A stretch of DNA of 64,000 nucleotides from Utricularia gibba. Its lineage: Eukaryota; Plantae; Magnoliophyta. Positions 21,401 to 35,675 of the stretch are shown in pieces. Numbering within the stretch: the first letter of the stretch is position 1; each line of letters begins with the position of its first letter. The stretch covers positions 248,001 to 312,000 of the forward strand of contig NEEC01000009.1 in NCBI GenBank assembly GCA_002189035.1. The letters are read 5' to 3'. Under the pieces are notes generated by a model. The model was given only the letters and a program-made list of their open reading frames with translations, ran no database searches and was not told the origin of the DNA. The translations under genes and the position numbers were made by a program.

Positions 21401-24081
21401 TGGAAATGCATGCTAATAAAATGCCGGAGGAAGTGCCAAGCAAATTATTACCTGATTCTGATGATTCTTCAAAGAAACCAGAAACTAACGAGGGAATTGG
21501 CCCCAAGGGACACTACTCAGAAACCAAAGACTTTGAGGAAAACGGCAATTTGTCCTTGAACTCGGGAAATTCTTTGCATGGAACAAAAACATCAGACTCA
21601 AGTGCAGGAAATGGGATTGTTGAGCCATCTCAAAAGAACAGAGCCTTTAGGATTAGTGCACAAGAGGTAAAGGCTATCTCTTTACATCCCTCCATGTGTA
21701 TATTTTGTATTATGCCATTACATGTGCTCTATTTCTGTCTAAACTCCAAATGTATATTTCGGTTGCATTTGAATAGGACTTTCTGGAGCTGGATGATGAA
21801 ACACCGGATCCTTCATCTATATCATTAACTGAAAAGCCTGAAAGGGAAGAATCATTTGCAACAGTAAATAAGGTTATGCAGTCCAAAGAGGCCAATCATA
21901 TGAAAACTGAATCTCATACAGATTTGGCTCTCTCTAAAGGCATTGATGCAAGCAAGGCGCATGAATCCATTACTCCCAGCGTCTCAGGAACTGGAGAAAG
22001 TGGTTTAGTTGGTTTTCTGGATGTGGGGACTCCAACAGACACTTCACAGTCAGAGGCTACTCCCGTCTCTATTGAGAGGTCAAAGGAAGCAAATGGTCCA
22101 AGTCAAGCATTCAGCTTTAGCTCGAAAGTGGATGAAGCTTTCCCTCCTTTGCCTTATTCAACCAAAGAATCAGAACCAACCCTGGAATGCCCAAGCAGGT
22201 TGTCAATGCTAGGTCTTTTTATCTCTCTTCTCATCAGTCAATTTTGATTTTATTGTTCAGGCATACCTTTTTTTGTCTTTTCTATTAGCATTTTTAATTT
22301 TTGCCTTTATTTGAAAATCCTTGCATGGTTGCCTTGGGAATCTATTCTCAATTCTTTAATATGCAGCACTCAGAGTTCGATATGAGAAATTTTCAGAGTT
22401 CCGACCAGTTGGACTTCCTTGGAAACAATTTAACTTGTCAGCCTAGTGGAATCAGAATCGTGCTTTTATGTTTAAATTCTCCTGTATTCTTCTAGAATGT
22501 GACATCTCATTATTTTAATTATTAAGTTTACTGCAATTTTTTTTTTGTTCAATTTGTGGCTAAAAGACCGATATTTTTTTATGCAGTTTGATAACCACTC
22601 TTCCTTTGCCTGGTTTGCTGGAGAAAAACCCGGAGGTGGAACATGTGAGCCATGCAAGGGTGGGAGATGCAAATGGGATTTTTGGCACTAAAACTGCTCC
22701 CAATCCATCACCATTTTTTCTTCCACCATCGGTTGGTGCAGCTTTTTCCAGTGACGCGGCTGAAAAATCAGTAGGAACTGGTGTCCTGAATTCCTCAATA
22801 ACAAGTGGGGCCAATGTTGTATCGTCTGGTGCGCCAACTTCCTTTGGTGACATTATATCTGTTCCAACCGCAAATTCTTCAAGGTTGTCTGAAAATCTTC
22901 TGGAAGTTTCAGAACAACCAACCACATCAGTTTCTGTAACAGCAGATTATAGCCCCAAGGCTGAGACACACGAAAGTTTTGATGGCCGAAGTGAGCCACC
23001 TCCTGCAACTGCGCCTGAACCTGCTTCTGGACTTTTTTCTAATTTCAGCCAGTCATCTCATCTGAAGGGTTCTATCTTTGGTGATCCCTATAAGAATCCT
23101 TTATCAGGCGATGGGACTTTTGCCAACAAGGGCAGTATGTTTGCCTCAAGTGCATCTACTCATGACACATCTGCACATGTCCCTGGTAGTTCACAAGCAT
23201 CTGCTACTCCCCAGGAAGATGGGAATATTGCTACTAAAAATGGAACAGAAGCCAGTTTTGGTCTGAGCTCTTCTTCAACAGCCAGTATTGGCCTACAAAC
23301 TGGCGGAACTACACCAGTTTTTACCTTTGGTTCTTCTTCTAGCATAACAGCATTGGGCGTTGATAAGATTACACAAAGTTCAAGCTTTTCTTCGGGCTCT
23401 TCGGATTTTGCATCACTCAATGCTTCTGGTTCTTTCAGTAGTGGCAGCCCAAGTATTTTTGGTGTATATGGTTGGTCCTCTGCATCCTCGTCGGCTGCAA
23501 TCAACTCTGTTACCTCCAGCAGCACCTCTTCAAATATCTTTGCTTCCAGTTGGAAAAATCAAAGTCCTGTATTTGCTTTTGGTGCATCTTCCACGCCGTC
23601 TGGCCCTGTGAATTTTTCTACCTCTGTTTTTAGTTCATCTACCACTGCCTCATCAAGCTCACACTTTTCATTTACCCCAACCTCTACTTCAATTCCTTCT
23701 TCATCATCTTTGCCCTTTTCGCAGCCTGTATTTGGCAAATCCATACCCACTGGTCTTAACAGTTCATCTGGGAATACCGATCAAATGAATGCAGAAGATA
23801 GCATGGCTGAGGATCCAATGCAGTCATCTGCACCTGCCTTCCCTGTATTTGGTCAATCATCTGCCCCCCTATCAGCCTCTCCTTCTCTCTTTGGATCAAA
23901 TGCTCCATCACAGCCTAACCCGTTCTTCTCTTTTGGACAACAAAGTCAAGCTACTCCACAGGCCTCGGGGAGTCTTGAGTTCAATGCATCTGGTAGTGCC
24001 TTCTCAATGGGCAGTGGTGGCCCTGACAAGTCCAGGAGAACCGTGAGGGTTAGTAAAATAAGAAACAGAAAGAAGCCATGA
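18462..24081 (+). CDS. NUP1: Nuclear pore basket nucleoporin NUP1/NUP136-like, multi-exon
   Basis: N-terminal GGKFRRK..RR..TPYDRPP and GWL.K..DPA; internal SPADIAKAYMG and LKRRISVLDDELGSIGPIRRIRQK; Ser-rich FG-like last exon ending in a basic NLS-like tail. Confidence 0.9.
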
Positions 24082-26154
24082 AGTGTTGTTCTCCTACACT
24101 GTTGACATCGGACGAGACGGATCGGCATTGTTGTACAATTGAAACATGTCATTCATTCTATTTGTGATCTGCTGAGATAACGGAGGATGCATGAGCTTGG
24201 GCGCCTTCCAGGAAAAAGGTGCCGTCCTGTTTGCTTCTGTGAACCCAAATTTTGATACCCGGACAGCTGTTAGACTGTGTAACGAATCATCTTCCTCGTC
24301 CCCTCTTACCCCCAAGAATTGTTGCAGTGTGCTGAGCAGTTCTGTTCATGTTGTGGCTTGTCATTTGTATGAAAGAATACAGAGACCGCTTCACGATATA
24401 GCATCCGTTAATCTATTTGTTTTTGTCCATCCTATAGAGCCTTGAGGGGTGTCTCTTGTAACCTGCAAGCACCGTCACGAGGCTGCCCCTTGAAGTGTAT
24501 ACTCCTTCAGCAGGCCAACTTCACACGGATATTTCCCCAAGGTACTCGAACTTTAGATGCAAAAAGTTGTGTTTTTTCCCTGGGGGCCTTTTTTGGAACT
24601 TAACAGATAGATAAGGTGTTCCCAAGTAGGGGTATGAAATCTGGTGTATCTACTGGCAAATAGTTTCTGGGTGTCTGTTGTTCAGCTTCATTTTTTACAA
24701 GTTGGCCGTTAAACCGACTGCTTCTGTGATGCGGTATAGAAATGGGAACGAGTAACCGTTTAGAATATGTCAAGTGTTGGCCTTTCGGGATCATTAATAT
24801 TTGTGTGGTGTTGTGTTTGTTTTTGCCAACTGGTGCATTGGTATTTAAAAACCGAGGAAATTGGGTTGGGTGCTCCAGAAGGTCAATATTTTCGATTTGG
24901 CGGAACGTGGGGGGGTGGTGCGTAGGTCTTCCGGAAAATCATGAACAATTAATGGACATTTTTCGTGTTGAATATTCAAAGTCATGAAATTCTTCTTGTG
25001 ATCTTCCTTTCTGGTCAAAAAACCATCAATAGAAACCCGAAAGGATTTGGATTTGGATTTGATGAGGCGCCCGCCCGCCCGCCAGAATGTTGGAACTTTA
25101 CATGGACCACCCCCTTTCCCTTCCCCTTCCCCTTCTCCTTTTCCCTTTGCTGGTGAGGTGGTGATCAAGCAGAACACTTCAGAACGCAAGTTGCTTGTGA
25201 AAGAGAGATGTCATTCATTCTCATCACATCACATGTGCTTGATGTATATGAATTTTGCATAATCCCCTCTTTACTCAGCTCATATTAAATAGAAAATATT
25301 AACTAATATATCAAATGGAATAAGATTCATGAAAAAAAAAAGTTTACATTAGAAAAATAGTAAGAGCCCAATTGTTTTTTTTTATCTAAAATATAAATTT
25401 CATATTAATTAAAAAATATATTTCATCCAGTTTCATCAAGTAATATGTAAATAAAATAAGAAAACACATGAAAAAAAAAAAGCGAGAATGAAATTGAATG
25501 ATGGTGAATAATGAGGAGGGAGCCAAAAATAACAACGTTTTCCCTCTCCAAAAACTTTCAACTTTAATGCTCTTTCTGGGTCAGCAAGCATTGTGTGCAC
25601 GTGCATCAGCCCACCTTTTCAGAGATGGTCTTCTCTACAATTCCTCCATCCCAAGCTATGAAAATGAAGCAACAAGAACGCACAAGATTCGCCATCTTGC
25701 TTACCATGCAGGACTTCAATCCGTGTTTAGATTGTGCACTTAGAATAATCATAAAATAAAGAACTGAGTGAGTAAAAAAATATCATTATATAAAAAATGG
25801 ATCCGGATGCTCAGGCTACCACGTCAGCATCCAGTCAGGAAACTTGCCTTTGGGCGTCAGCTTCATCATACGCAACTTGCAACCTGCGCATGAAGGAAAC
25901 CATTGACTTCCAGGAGGGGAATTGAATTATAAATTTGCAACTTGTTTCCACTGCAATTGAATGTGAAGCGCAGACCAGGGCCCCTAAGATCCTTCGTAAG
26001 AATGGATCTTCCATCCTCTTTATGACTTTGTTGCCCTCCATCCCTTTCATACACATATATTCGGCTCTCCCCCCTGCAAGAGTTGTTGAAAAAGCTCAAC
26101 CTTTTCAACCCCTTTTGTCCGTTGGGTTGGGTTGGGTTCATATTCAGGAGGAGA

Positions 26155-28498
26155 ATGGTTGTCAGCTTGATGAAATGGATGCCTTGGCAGCCCCTGCCCT
26201 CGAAGAAGTATGAGGTGAGGATCACGGTTCATCGGCTGATCGGCCTCCAGGAACTGTTGCAACAGCTGCAGGAGGATTCCAGTTTCTCGGTTGAGATTAA
26301 GTGGAAGGGATCGAAGGGTAAAGCTTTGCGCTCTTTGAGGAGGGCCAGCCAGAGGAGGAATTTGACAAGGCAAGAATTGATGAAGCAGGATGGAATTGTC
26401 TCCTGGGATGAAGATTTTCGCTGTCTTTGCAAGTTTTCGCCTTGGAAAGACAATCTGTTTCATCCATGGGAGGTCTCCTTCACAGTATTCCCAGTGAGTG
26501 TTCATTATAGATGATCTTCATCCCTTTTTTTTTTGTTTTGCATGGTGATGATTCAAGTTCATGATCCATGTGTCTTCTTGAACCAGGGGCTGAGCGAAGA
26601 AAATGACACCAGCTTCCCTATTTTCCCATCTGTATCATTGAATCTTGCAGATTTCACCGTCTCATCGAACCAATACAATAAGGAGATCAGCCTTCCTCTG
26701 GTAACAACTGGCACCAGCAGTACAATTTCACTCCATGTAAGCAGTCAAGTTTTGAAGTGGTATTTTTTTTCTTTTTCTGTTTTCATCATCTGTAGCATGC
26801 CCTTATCTCAGGTATCGGTAGCTCTTCTTGAACTCAGAAGCTCTGCATACCCGACACCCCAGCGAGTTTTGTCTCAACAAAGATATCCCTCTCATAATAA
26901 AAGAGAGACTGCAACCACAAAAGATCCCTCAAACCATCGACTGAGTCCTATTAGAATGGATATCTTTAGAGGATTGTCGGCCTTGAGACCTAAAAAGAGT
27001 CTTGATGAAGACAGCAGCGACAGTCGAAGCTCCGATACCCAGTTAGATGGGTCACTGGATTCTGGATCATTTAATGATGCTGATGAAAGTGAATCTGATT
27101 CTAGCTTCAGAAAAACATTTAACTATGGCACCATAGCCTACACTAACCAAGCGGGGGCCTCGAGCAGCAGTGAGGATGAGGACTGGATCTACTATACGGA
27201 TCGGCCAACTAACCAAAGAAGTGTATATCATGGTGATGCAAGAGCAGCAGTACCAGTTTCACATCCAGCTCAGAAAAAATCGAAGCTCCGGTACCTTCCA
27301 TGGGGTAAAAGGAAAGCATCCTCACCTGAATATAAAGGAGAGCCTCTGTTGAAGAAGTACTATGGAGAGGATGGTGGAGACGACATCGATTTTGACCGGA
27401 GGCAAGTGAAACAGAGCATGTCCATGGTATGATTTTCTAACTCATCCTCATCATATGATATGCGTGTGCCATGGCTGTTGTAATAAACATGTAGTAATGC
27501 TGCAGGATCGAAAGAATACAGAGAACCTGGTAGCTGAGCAGCTCTCTGAATTTGGAAAAGATAACTTCGCAGTTGGTACCTGGGAACATAAGGAGATCAC
27601 CAGCAGAGACGGACTTTTAAAGTTGAAAACACAGGTGTTCTTTGCTTCCATTGATCAGAGAAGCGAACGTGTAGCTGGTGAAAGTGCCTGTACAACACTG
27701 GTTGCCGTTATAGCTGACTGGTTTCACACAAACCCGAAAGGAGAAACGCCTATCAAGTCGCAGCTAGATACCTTGATACGTGAAGGTTCACAGGAATGGA
27801 GAAAACTGTGTGAACAGGAAACATATGCAGAAAGATTTCCAGACAGACATTTTGATCTCGAGACAGTTATTGATGCGAAAATCCGTCCAATTTCTGTCAT
27901 CCCTGATAAATCTTTTGTGGGGTTTTTCCACCCTGAAGGGATAGAACATCAGCAACTTCATCTGCTACATGGCGCCATGAGCTTTGACAGCATCTGGGAT
28001 GAAATTCGTGAATCTGCAACTAGAATCCCACCTTCTGGTGGAGATTTGGTGTATATAATCAGCTGGAATGACCACTTCTTCCTCTTGAAAGTTGAACCAA
28101 CTGCGTATTACATCATCGACACTCTTGGTGAAAGGCTGTACGAAGGCTGTGATCAAGCCTTCATCTTGAAGTTTGATGAAAACACCGTGATAAACAGGAT
28201 TGTCAGTGAGACTCAAGATGCGGATACTGATGATCAAATGGTAGAGGAATCCAGTACAAAACACGAGAGTGAGACTTCATCATCGTCTGATGATGATGAC
28301 CAAAAGGAGATTGAAGAAGAACCCCAAGTTTGCACCGGGAAAGAATGCTGCAGAGAGTACATCAAGAGCTTCTTGGCTGCAATTCCGATCAGAGAGCTGA
28401 AGGAGGACCTGAAAAAAGGGCTGATGACATCCACACCAATTCATTACCGGCTACAGATCGAATGCCACTACACAAGTCATTGCTGGAATAATGAGTAG
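26155..28498 (+). CDS. N-terminal C2 (NT-C2, EEIG1/EHBP1-type) domain plant protein, multi-exon
   Basis: WMPWQPLPSKKYEVRI, VEIKWKG, FHPWEVSFTV, FFASIDQRSERVAGESACT, SWNDHFF and DTLGERLYEGC. Confidence 0.85.
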
Positions 28499-29020
28499 AA
28501 TGCCACTTCACAAGCCCATGATGCGCAGCTACGACTAGATACAAGATGCAACGATGCAGGGGACTAATTGAAGGATATCGAATGTTCATGGTGGGGATAC
28601 AAGAATACAACTACGAATTCTAAGATAAGTGCCCATGCATCATACATAGAACCTGAGAAATAACAAACAAAGTGTCAACTATGACTTCCAAATATTTTTG
28701 TATTGCTAAAGCAGTGTTTCTGCAGAGGTGGAACATTTCTGGTTACACATACAAAAAAAGAGATTGAAAACTCAGTTGCCTTCTAAAAGATGTTTCCTTC
28801 AGTCACATCATTATTAAAAAAAAAAAGAACAGTCCATTCTTCACCACTATAACAGTAATTTTGCACCAGAAGGAGCCCAACCTTGCCTCGGCAGGTGCAA
28901 ATGATCAGATCATCATTGTATTGACATTCAGGCGCAGTTACTGAAAATTGAAATCTATATCATCGACAATTAATATGTAATACCGATCAAACACCAAACC
29001 CTTGGAAGTTTTACAAACAA

Positions 29021-31375
29021 TCATTCCAATCCGCTAGCTGTCTGAGTTGATGAACCATATGTTCCATATTCTGTATTATCTCCACAGCAACGGTTAGTAA
29101 GATCTACGTCAGGTACAACTTCAATATCGCTATCAGCCTTTCAGGATTTGTCCATGCATTTGACACAAATACGCATATAAGTAAAGGACAGAGCTTGTTC
29201 TCGGTTTTCGTTTTTTCTAATATTTTTTGAAGTTCGCGCAAACTCTACTATTTAATAAAAGAACTCCTGAATTCACAATTCAAATCAGAATTACAAATAA
29301 ACAACCTCATGGAGTTGTTTGACAGAGCATACCTGCCATAAATGTAAGAGGCGACACAGCAAAAAATTAATTATCATCACCAAGCAAAATAGCTTGCCTG
29401 CCCATGTACCGCAAGAAAGATACCTAGAACATGTAAAAAATGCGATTTGAGCCAGAAAGGAAGATAGCCATCAATGCCCTGAAGCTAGTTCATCAATTTC
29501 GGAAAGTGAATTATGGGTGACTGTTGCAACAAGAAACCGTTATTAGAACATGACACAGAATCTTTCATGCAGATGAATTGAGTCAGACCTAGGCAGGCGC
29601 GACAGAAGATTTTGATTGGAGCAGCTCAGAGCATGGTTATAAACAATCTCCGTCCTTTTTGCAACATCATGCCAGCTGTATAATTTTTTCATCTGTCAAG
29701 GATAGATTTCACAGTTTAAAAACATATGTTTTGACTGATGTAAAAATAACTTGTCAACCTTTTAAATAAGTCAGGAATGTTTCAAAAAAAAAAAATCATG
29801 TCTCTGGTTAATTAAGCATCACAAAGCTCACACGGTTATGCATGGTATGTGGGTCAATCTGAGGAAGCAGCTCTATTGCTTTAATGATTGCTTGTACCAT
29901 GTCCCTAGGATCTGGTTCTGCAAGGACGATCATATCATCTGGAAGAACCTACATGACTCTTCTGAAATGAGATACAAGATACTGAAACTGTATGGTGGAG
30001 CTCGCAGCACTGTGGAACTTGCTGTCAAGCTCACAAGATACAACAGCTAAGAGTGAAATAGACAGTGATACCTCTGGAACACCTCCCACGCGTGTACTGA
30101 CTGTTAGTAAGCCACAACTTGCTGCCTCTAAGATGGCTATACAAAATGCTTCTGTTAAAGAACTATAAAAAAAAACAACAGAGAGGATCAAATTATGCAT
30201 ACAGCTTTCCCCTGAAAAAAAAAGTGGCTCCGGAGAAATAGAGAATGATGAGCTGAGACCAAAACGTATCCAACATGAAATAAGTAAAAATAAAAAAAAT
30301 CACCTATTTAAAAATATATGTCCAGTAACCAGCACAGACCGTACTTTAGAATGAGGAACAGCACCCAACATTTCAACTCGATCTTGAAGAGAGTTCTTTT
30401 CCCGCATCTCTTCCAGTTTCACTCTTTTTGTCCCATCTCCACCAATAACAAAACGTACCTAAGACAAAAACAAGGGAGAAACCATATCTAACCTGAAACA
30501 AGAGGTTGTGGGACGTAATTTCAATACTTTTAAAAAGATATACTAACATTGGGTTGCAACCTGCAAACTTCAGGGATAACTTCAACAAGTAGATCTACCC
30601 CTTTTCTATAAACCAACCTACTTATCACGACAATAACTATCTCTTGGAGACTAACTCGCTGAACAGCAGGTTTGAACATAGCCGTATCCACAGCATTTGG
30701 AATAACAAAAACCTTTTCAGGAGGCAGCCCGGATCTCAGAACTGTGTTTTCTTTACTTGTATGAGAAACACAAATAGCTTGGCTCACATCAGCCAGTGTG
30801 AACTGCAAGACCTTATTCATATGAATACTTCCCACATCAGCAAAACCATAAAGGGAATGATCAGTAAACACAACTTTGTAACCCATGGTCCGTGCATGCA
30901 TCAGCGCTTCATGACAGAGGGTTGAGAAGGCTTGGTGTCCATGGACTATCGATATCCTTTCTCGAATAAGTATTGTTCTTACAATTGACAATGTCCCATA
31001 AAAAGTAGGCAACGTGTTTTGCATAAGAAAGGGCTTCCATGGAACATAGTACACTTTCAATCCACCGGTCATATACCTCACTCCCGAACGGTTTCCGTAA
31101 GCATGCGTCATAACAACTACCTAATAAGCCAAGAAAGGCGAAATTCATGTTAAAACGCACAACCAATCATCCGTCAGAAATGTCTGGTATTCACTTCTCT
31201 TATATGCAAAGCATCATCAACACAATTAACCAAAACTTGTGAATATTTCACTAACCTTGTGTCCAAGCTCTATCAAGCATTGAGACAAGTAGTATATATG
31301 ATTTTCTACGCCACCAAAATTTGGATAGAAAAAATCAGATGCCATTAAAATTCTGTGCTTTCCTTGTTTGCTCAT
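29021..31375 (-). CDS. PIGA: GPI-anchor GlcNAc transferase catalytic subunit PIG-A (SETH2-like), multi-exon
   Basis: [54 protein letters not shown] and [16 protein letters not shown]. Confidence 0.95.
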
Positions 31376-31818
31376 TGGATCTCAGCCTAAAAACCCCTGT
31401 ACGATCAAGAAATGCAGAAATATTGCATTCCCAATTTGCGGCAGTTCCGCATCAGCCATTGCCGCCGAACTTCACAGGGAAGTCTTTTTTTATTATTTTA
31501 AGAAATTAAAAAAAGAAAAGCTGGAAATAGATTCTGGATGGCCCATAATTAGGTCCATTATAAAGCCCAATAAAGACCCAACAGAATCTCTGCCCAGTTT
31601 ACGTGAACGAGGATATGGTCGGCCAATGAGTAGTCAGCGGGAAGACCTGGACAAGGAGCTTTTCTGTGGTTGAAGGTTATCGTGTAGAATTTGCATACTT
31701 TTTCTGCTGAAAGTGATGCATTCGTGTCAAGAAAATGATGTAAAAGTGTTCTTCATATCTTCCGTTTGTTAGATTTCGGTCTACTGAATGTTCATTGAAG
31801 AAGTGTGATCACTGGAAG

Positions 31819-34018
31819 ATGGCAATGGATGATATGCAGCTGGAATTTAGGCATGGCAAATCTAGGGTTCGTGTTGGTCGAGTGTGGAGAGAGCCTGGAG
31901 GAAGACAGTTTTTTGTGGAATGGAATGTGAGCGTCAGCCTTCTCTCTGATTCTGCTTCCTCCTACACCCATGATGACAATTCCAATGTCGTTGCAACCGA
32001 TACGATAAAAAACACTGTAAGAACGATTGCTGTGAAACTCGAGTTTCATGGGATAAATTTTCTTGATTGTTGCCTTCAGCGAATTTATCTTTTATTCAGG
32101 TGTATGTGAAAGCTAAGGAAGCCGTGGTTCCACTTTCTGTGGAGGACTTTGCTATATTACTTGGAAAGCATTTCATATCCTTTTATTCTCAGGTGACTTG
32201 AGATTTTCATGCTGGTTTTGTCTTCTTGCACGGTAGCTTAGCAGTTTCGTGCAGATTTTTCCAATTGTACTTATTATATATGCCCCTCCTAATCGATCCT
32301 ATATTTTTCACTCTTTTGAAATAGTTCTCATGTGGAAATTTGATCGATAAAGTTCATATATGGGCTGTTTTTGACTTCTTAGTGTCCTTATTTCTGTTGG
32401 AAGTAGCCTTGCTTCTTGCTAAGCAATTTTAGAATGCACACTAGTTCTGAAACCAAGCACATCTTGTGTTGCTTTAGTCTTATCTTCTTTATTTTATTGA
32501 AATGATGAAGTTTCTTTTGCTCTCATATGTATAATAATATTGTATCTCAAACATTTGATCTGATCATTCAACCGTTAAGAAAAAATAGAAATACACCAGA
32601 AATTTTAATTGCGCATAAACTTTCTTTCCTTTCTCTACCTTTTCTAGTTCTTTCTATGCCTACATTCCAGAACTACCAAGCAAGTCTAGTCGTCGAGGTG
32701 TGGAAAACTCTCTCTATGTGTAACTTCATTTTGTTTTCTTATCTTTTTGTAGGTCACTGGAGCAGTTGTCCATATTGTTGAGAAGCCATGGGAGCGCATT
32801 AGCATAGATGGTCAACCACATCAACATGGTAACCTGATAAGACGTGTTTCAGTTTTCCACCTGGAATAACTATTTAAAAGAAATCAGATTTGCTACACTT
32901 TTAAAGTGTTCCGTGTACCCCTTTGTCCAGGTTTTAAACTTGGATCAGAGAGGCACACAACTCAAGTCACCATTAAGAAGTCCGGTGATCTGCAAATTGT
33001 ATCTGGCATTCAAGGATTGGCAGTGCTGAAGACAACCCAAGTGAGTTTCTGTTCAAGAATGCCTCCTATTATGAAGTTGAGCCATTCTCTTTTATCCTAG
33101 TTACGTATTCTTGGCGGGCATTATGCAGTTTTTAAGTTATTGATGCCTTAGATTTGCACAAAATGCTACTTCAAGTTACTCTCCTATACCATAATGGTTT
33201 GGGAATGCTACCATGTGGATGATTAAGGATGTTCCTGAAGGGTGGGTTTGCTATGCCAGGCTGCTCTAGTTACTAAAGTTTCTTTTTGAACAGTAATGGA
33301 TAGATTACAGGTCCTTTTATGTCCTCGATGCTCTTCTAAATGATATCCATTATGGCAGTCCGGGTTTGAAGACTTCTTTCGGGACAAGTACACGTTACTG
33401 CCTGAAACACGAGAGCGTATCCTGGCAACAGAAGTCACTGCATCATGGGGGTTTGTTTATCATTTATGCTGCAAAGAATTCTGTAGATGGCCTGGCGAAA
33501 TTTCAGTTTTCATGTTATACAGGTACATCTACAAGACACTTTGGAGTCTGCCTGCAGGCTCCTATTTTAGAGACAACTACGCTAACGTGAAGAAGACTCT
33601 GGTTGACACCTTCTATGGTCCTCCTGAAGGCGGAGTATACAGTCCATCTGTTCAAAGCACACTCTATCAAATGGCAAGGACCGTGCTTTCCAGGTAATGT
33701 ATTTGCACATCCCATTTGATGCTTTGTAGACATCATAGCTATCAACTCATTCCTTGTCCCAGGGTTCCTGAAGTATCATTCGTTTCGTTGAAAATGCCGA
33801 ATCTTCACTTTTTACCGGTCAACTTATCGAGCAAAGAGAATCCGAACATCGTTAAGGTTTGTGTCCCTACTAATCCCAGTATCAACACCTGCTATTTGTT
33901 TAATTTTGTTGTTGCTGTTGGAAAACCCCTTCAGTTTGGAGATGATGTGTACTTGCCAACAGACGAACCGCATGGTTCGATCGAAGCTACTCTGAGTCGC
34001 ACCCAGTCGAGGCTGTGA
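31819..34018 (+). CDS. UOX: Uricase (urate oxidase), peroxisomal, multi-exon
   Basis: HGKSRVRVGRVW, VATDTIKNTV, VLKTTQ, GVYSPSVQSTLY, MPNLHFLPVN and PHGSIEA; C-terminal PTS1 -SRL. Confidence 0.95.
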
Positions 34019-34586
34019 ACCTCTGCCGTGTGCCTAAGGAAATCAGCTACGTTCAGTGCCTGGTTGGTTTACGTTAGTGGGAGGAATAAACACAAGTTTC
34101 AATTATTAAGTTGTGGATTACTCGAATTTGAGACGAAACTTGTTTGATTGTTAATTGTAATATTGTGTTATTCATGTTTAATTTAAATGTATTGATATTC
34201 GTTATTTATAATTTATGATACAATTCAATAAAATCATTCTTATTCATTAAAATATTAAAATTATTTTATTTAAAATAATTTGATCTCATAAGGGTAATTT
34301 TCTATGTGATTGTAATTGTGTCATAATATCCACCCTTACATGGGTTTTCCATTATCATCACAGATAGCTGCTTTTCCCAACTTAGGAAAACTAGAGAGAA
34401 TTAGGTCATGTTTGATAATTGGAATTAAATTTTTCTGGAATATTTTTTTAATCTCTATAAAATATAAAATTATCTTCACCAACACTACTCCTTATTTTTA
34501 TACCTTCAATCAGTATAAATTTATATCGGAATAATCTATATTGGTATAGCTATCAAACACCGCCTTATTTAGATAGTAATGGAAAG

Positions 34587-34770
34587 TGGGGCTGTAAATG
34601 AATCGAGTTTTAAATGAACACTAATATACGTGGTTTGGCTAGAGTTAGAATTAAATGAGCTTCTCCCGAGTTTGAACAATATAATAAGTTTAAAATTGTT
34701 AAATGAGCCGAACTTAAACAACTATTGTCTCGACTCAATAATGAATGAGTCAGTTCGATTAGTATAAGTT
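34587..34770 (+). mobile_element. Probable truncated hAT-type MITE remnant
   Basis: Begins TGGGGCTGTAAATGA and carries ~5 degenerate TAAATGA(GC) repeats, a pattern I recall from eudicot MITE ends. The other terminus was not found. Confidence 0.35.
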
Positions 34771-35103
34771 TTTGAATAAAAAATATTCTTTTATTTAATT
34801 TTTTGTTATTATTAATTTTGAAATTAATTGAGTGGGATTTACAAACAATATTAGAGAAATCCTACAAAAATTCAAAAAAAAAAGATGAATTATTGGAATT
34901 CAATTTATTTGTCTTGGAGAATTAATTTGTTTGTGTTTTTTTTCGTTTTATTTCTTTAATTACTATTTACTAGATAATAAAAATAATATTTTAAATTATT
35001 TGATCTTACTTTTTTTTATTTTTTACTGAATTTATCTCTTGATTTTGATTACTTTTATTGAACATTATTCATTAAGTTCATCTACTAAAGAAAACAAAGG
35101 AGG

Positions 35104-35640
35104 TGTTGGGATCTTTGACAATTATCCACTGATTAAACGAACCCAAAATTAATAATCATTCAAACCTGCGTGTTTGGAAATGAAAGATGATGGTAGAACG
35201 CATCAGATTTTAACGAGGAAACCCTTCTCAGGGAAAAACCTCGGGTGCTCCACATCAGGTAAGAAAATCCACTAACAGCGGTAAAGAGGTGGAACAATCT
35301 CAATTCCAAAGAACACAATTAGGAATCGCAATCACAGCAAGATTCCAAGAATATTCCCACACGTAATAGAGAGAGTCTGCTGCAACCGAGTTACAACCCT
35401 GCAGCACAAGTTCTTGCTCTTTCAATCAATCACCAGATCGTTGTTGGAAGGGACCAGAGTCATTCCTTCATCTCCTCCTGTTTTCTGGGTGCTTCTAAGC
35501 TGTGATCCCTCTCTTTTTCAGCTACTGTCACTTCATAACCGTCAACCGGTTATTTCTGGTGGGCCTTCAGTGGATGAGCCAGCTGGACGTGGGCCAAGTA
35601 ATTTATCCAGCCTGTCATGAGGGAGACATGGCCCACCACA
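35104..35640 (-). repeat. 3' LTR of the copia element (537 bp)
   Basis: Direct repeat of 39715-40252; ~35 substitutions and 1 indel by manual count. Confidence 0.95.
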
Positions 35641-35675
35641 AATCACCCCTCTAGCTGGAGTCATCCCTCACCGGA

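Noticed and set aside
20958-23750. Several long minus-strand ORFs within NUP1
   Set aside because: Shadows of Ser-rich low-complexity exons.
24400-25800. Possible miRNA precursor or small gene between NUP1 and the NT-C2 gene
   Set aside because: No match to conserved plant miRNAs I can recall and no convincing hairpin or protein motif.
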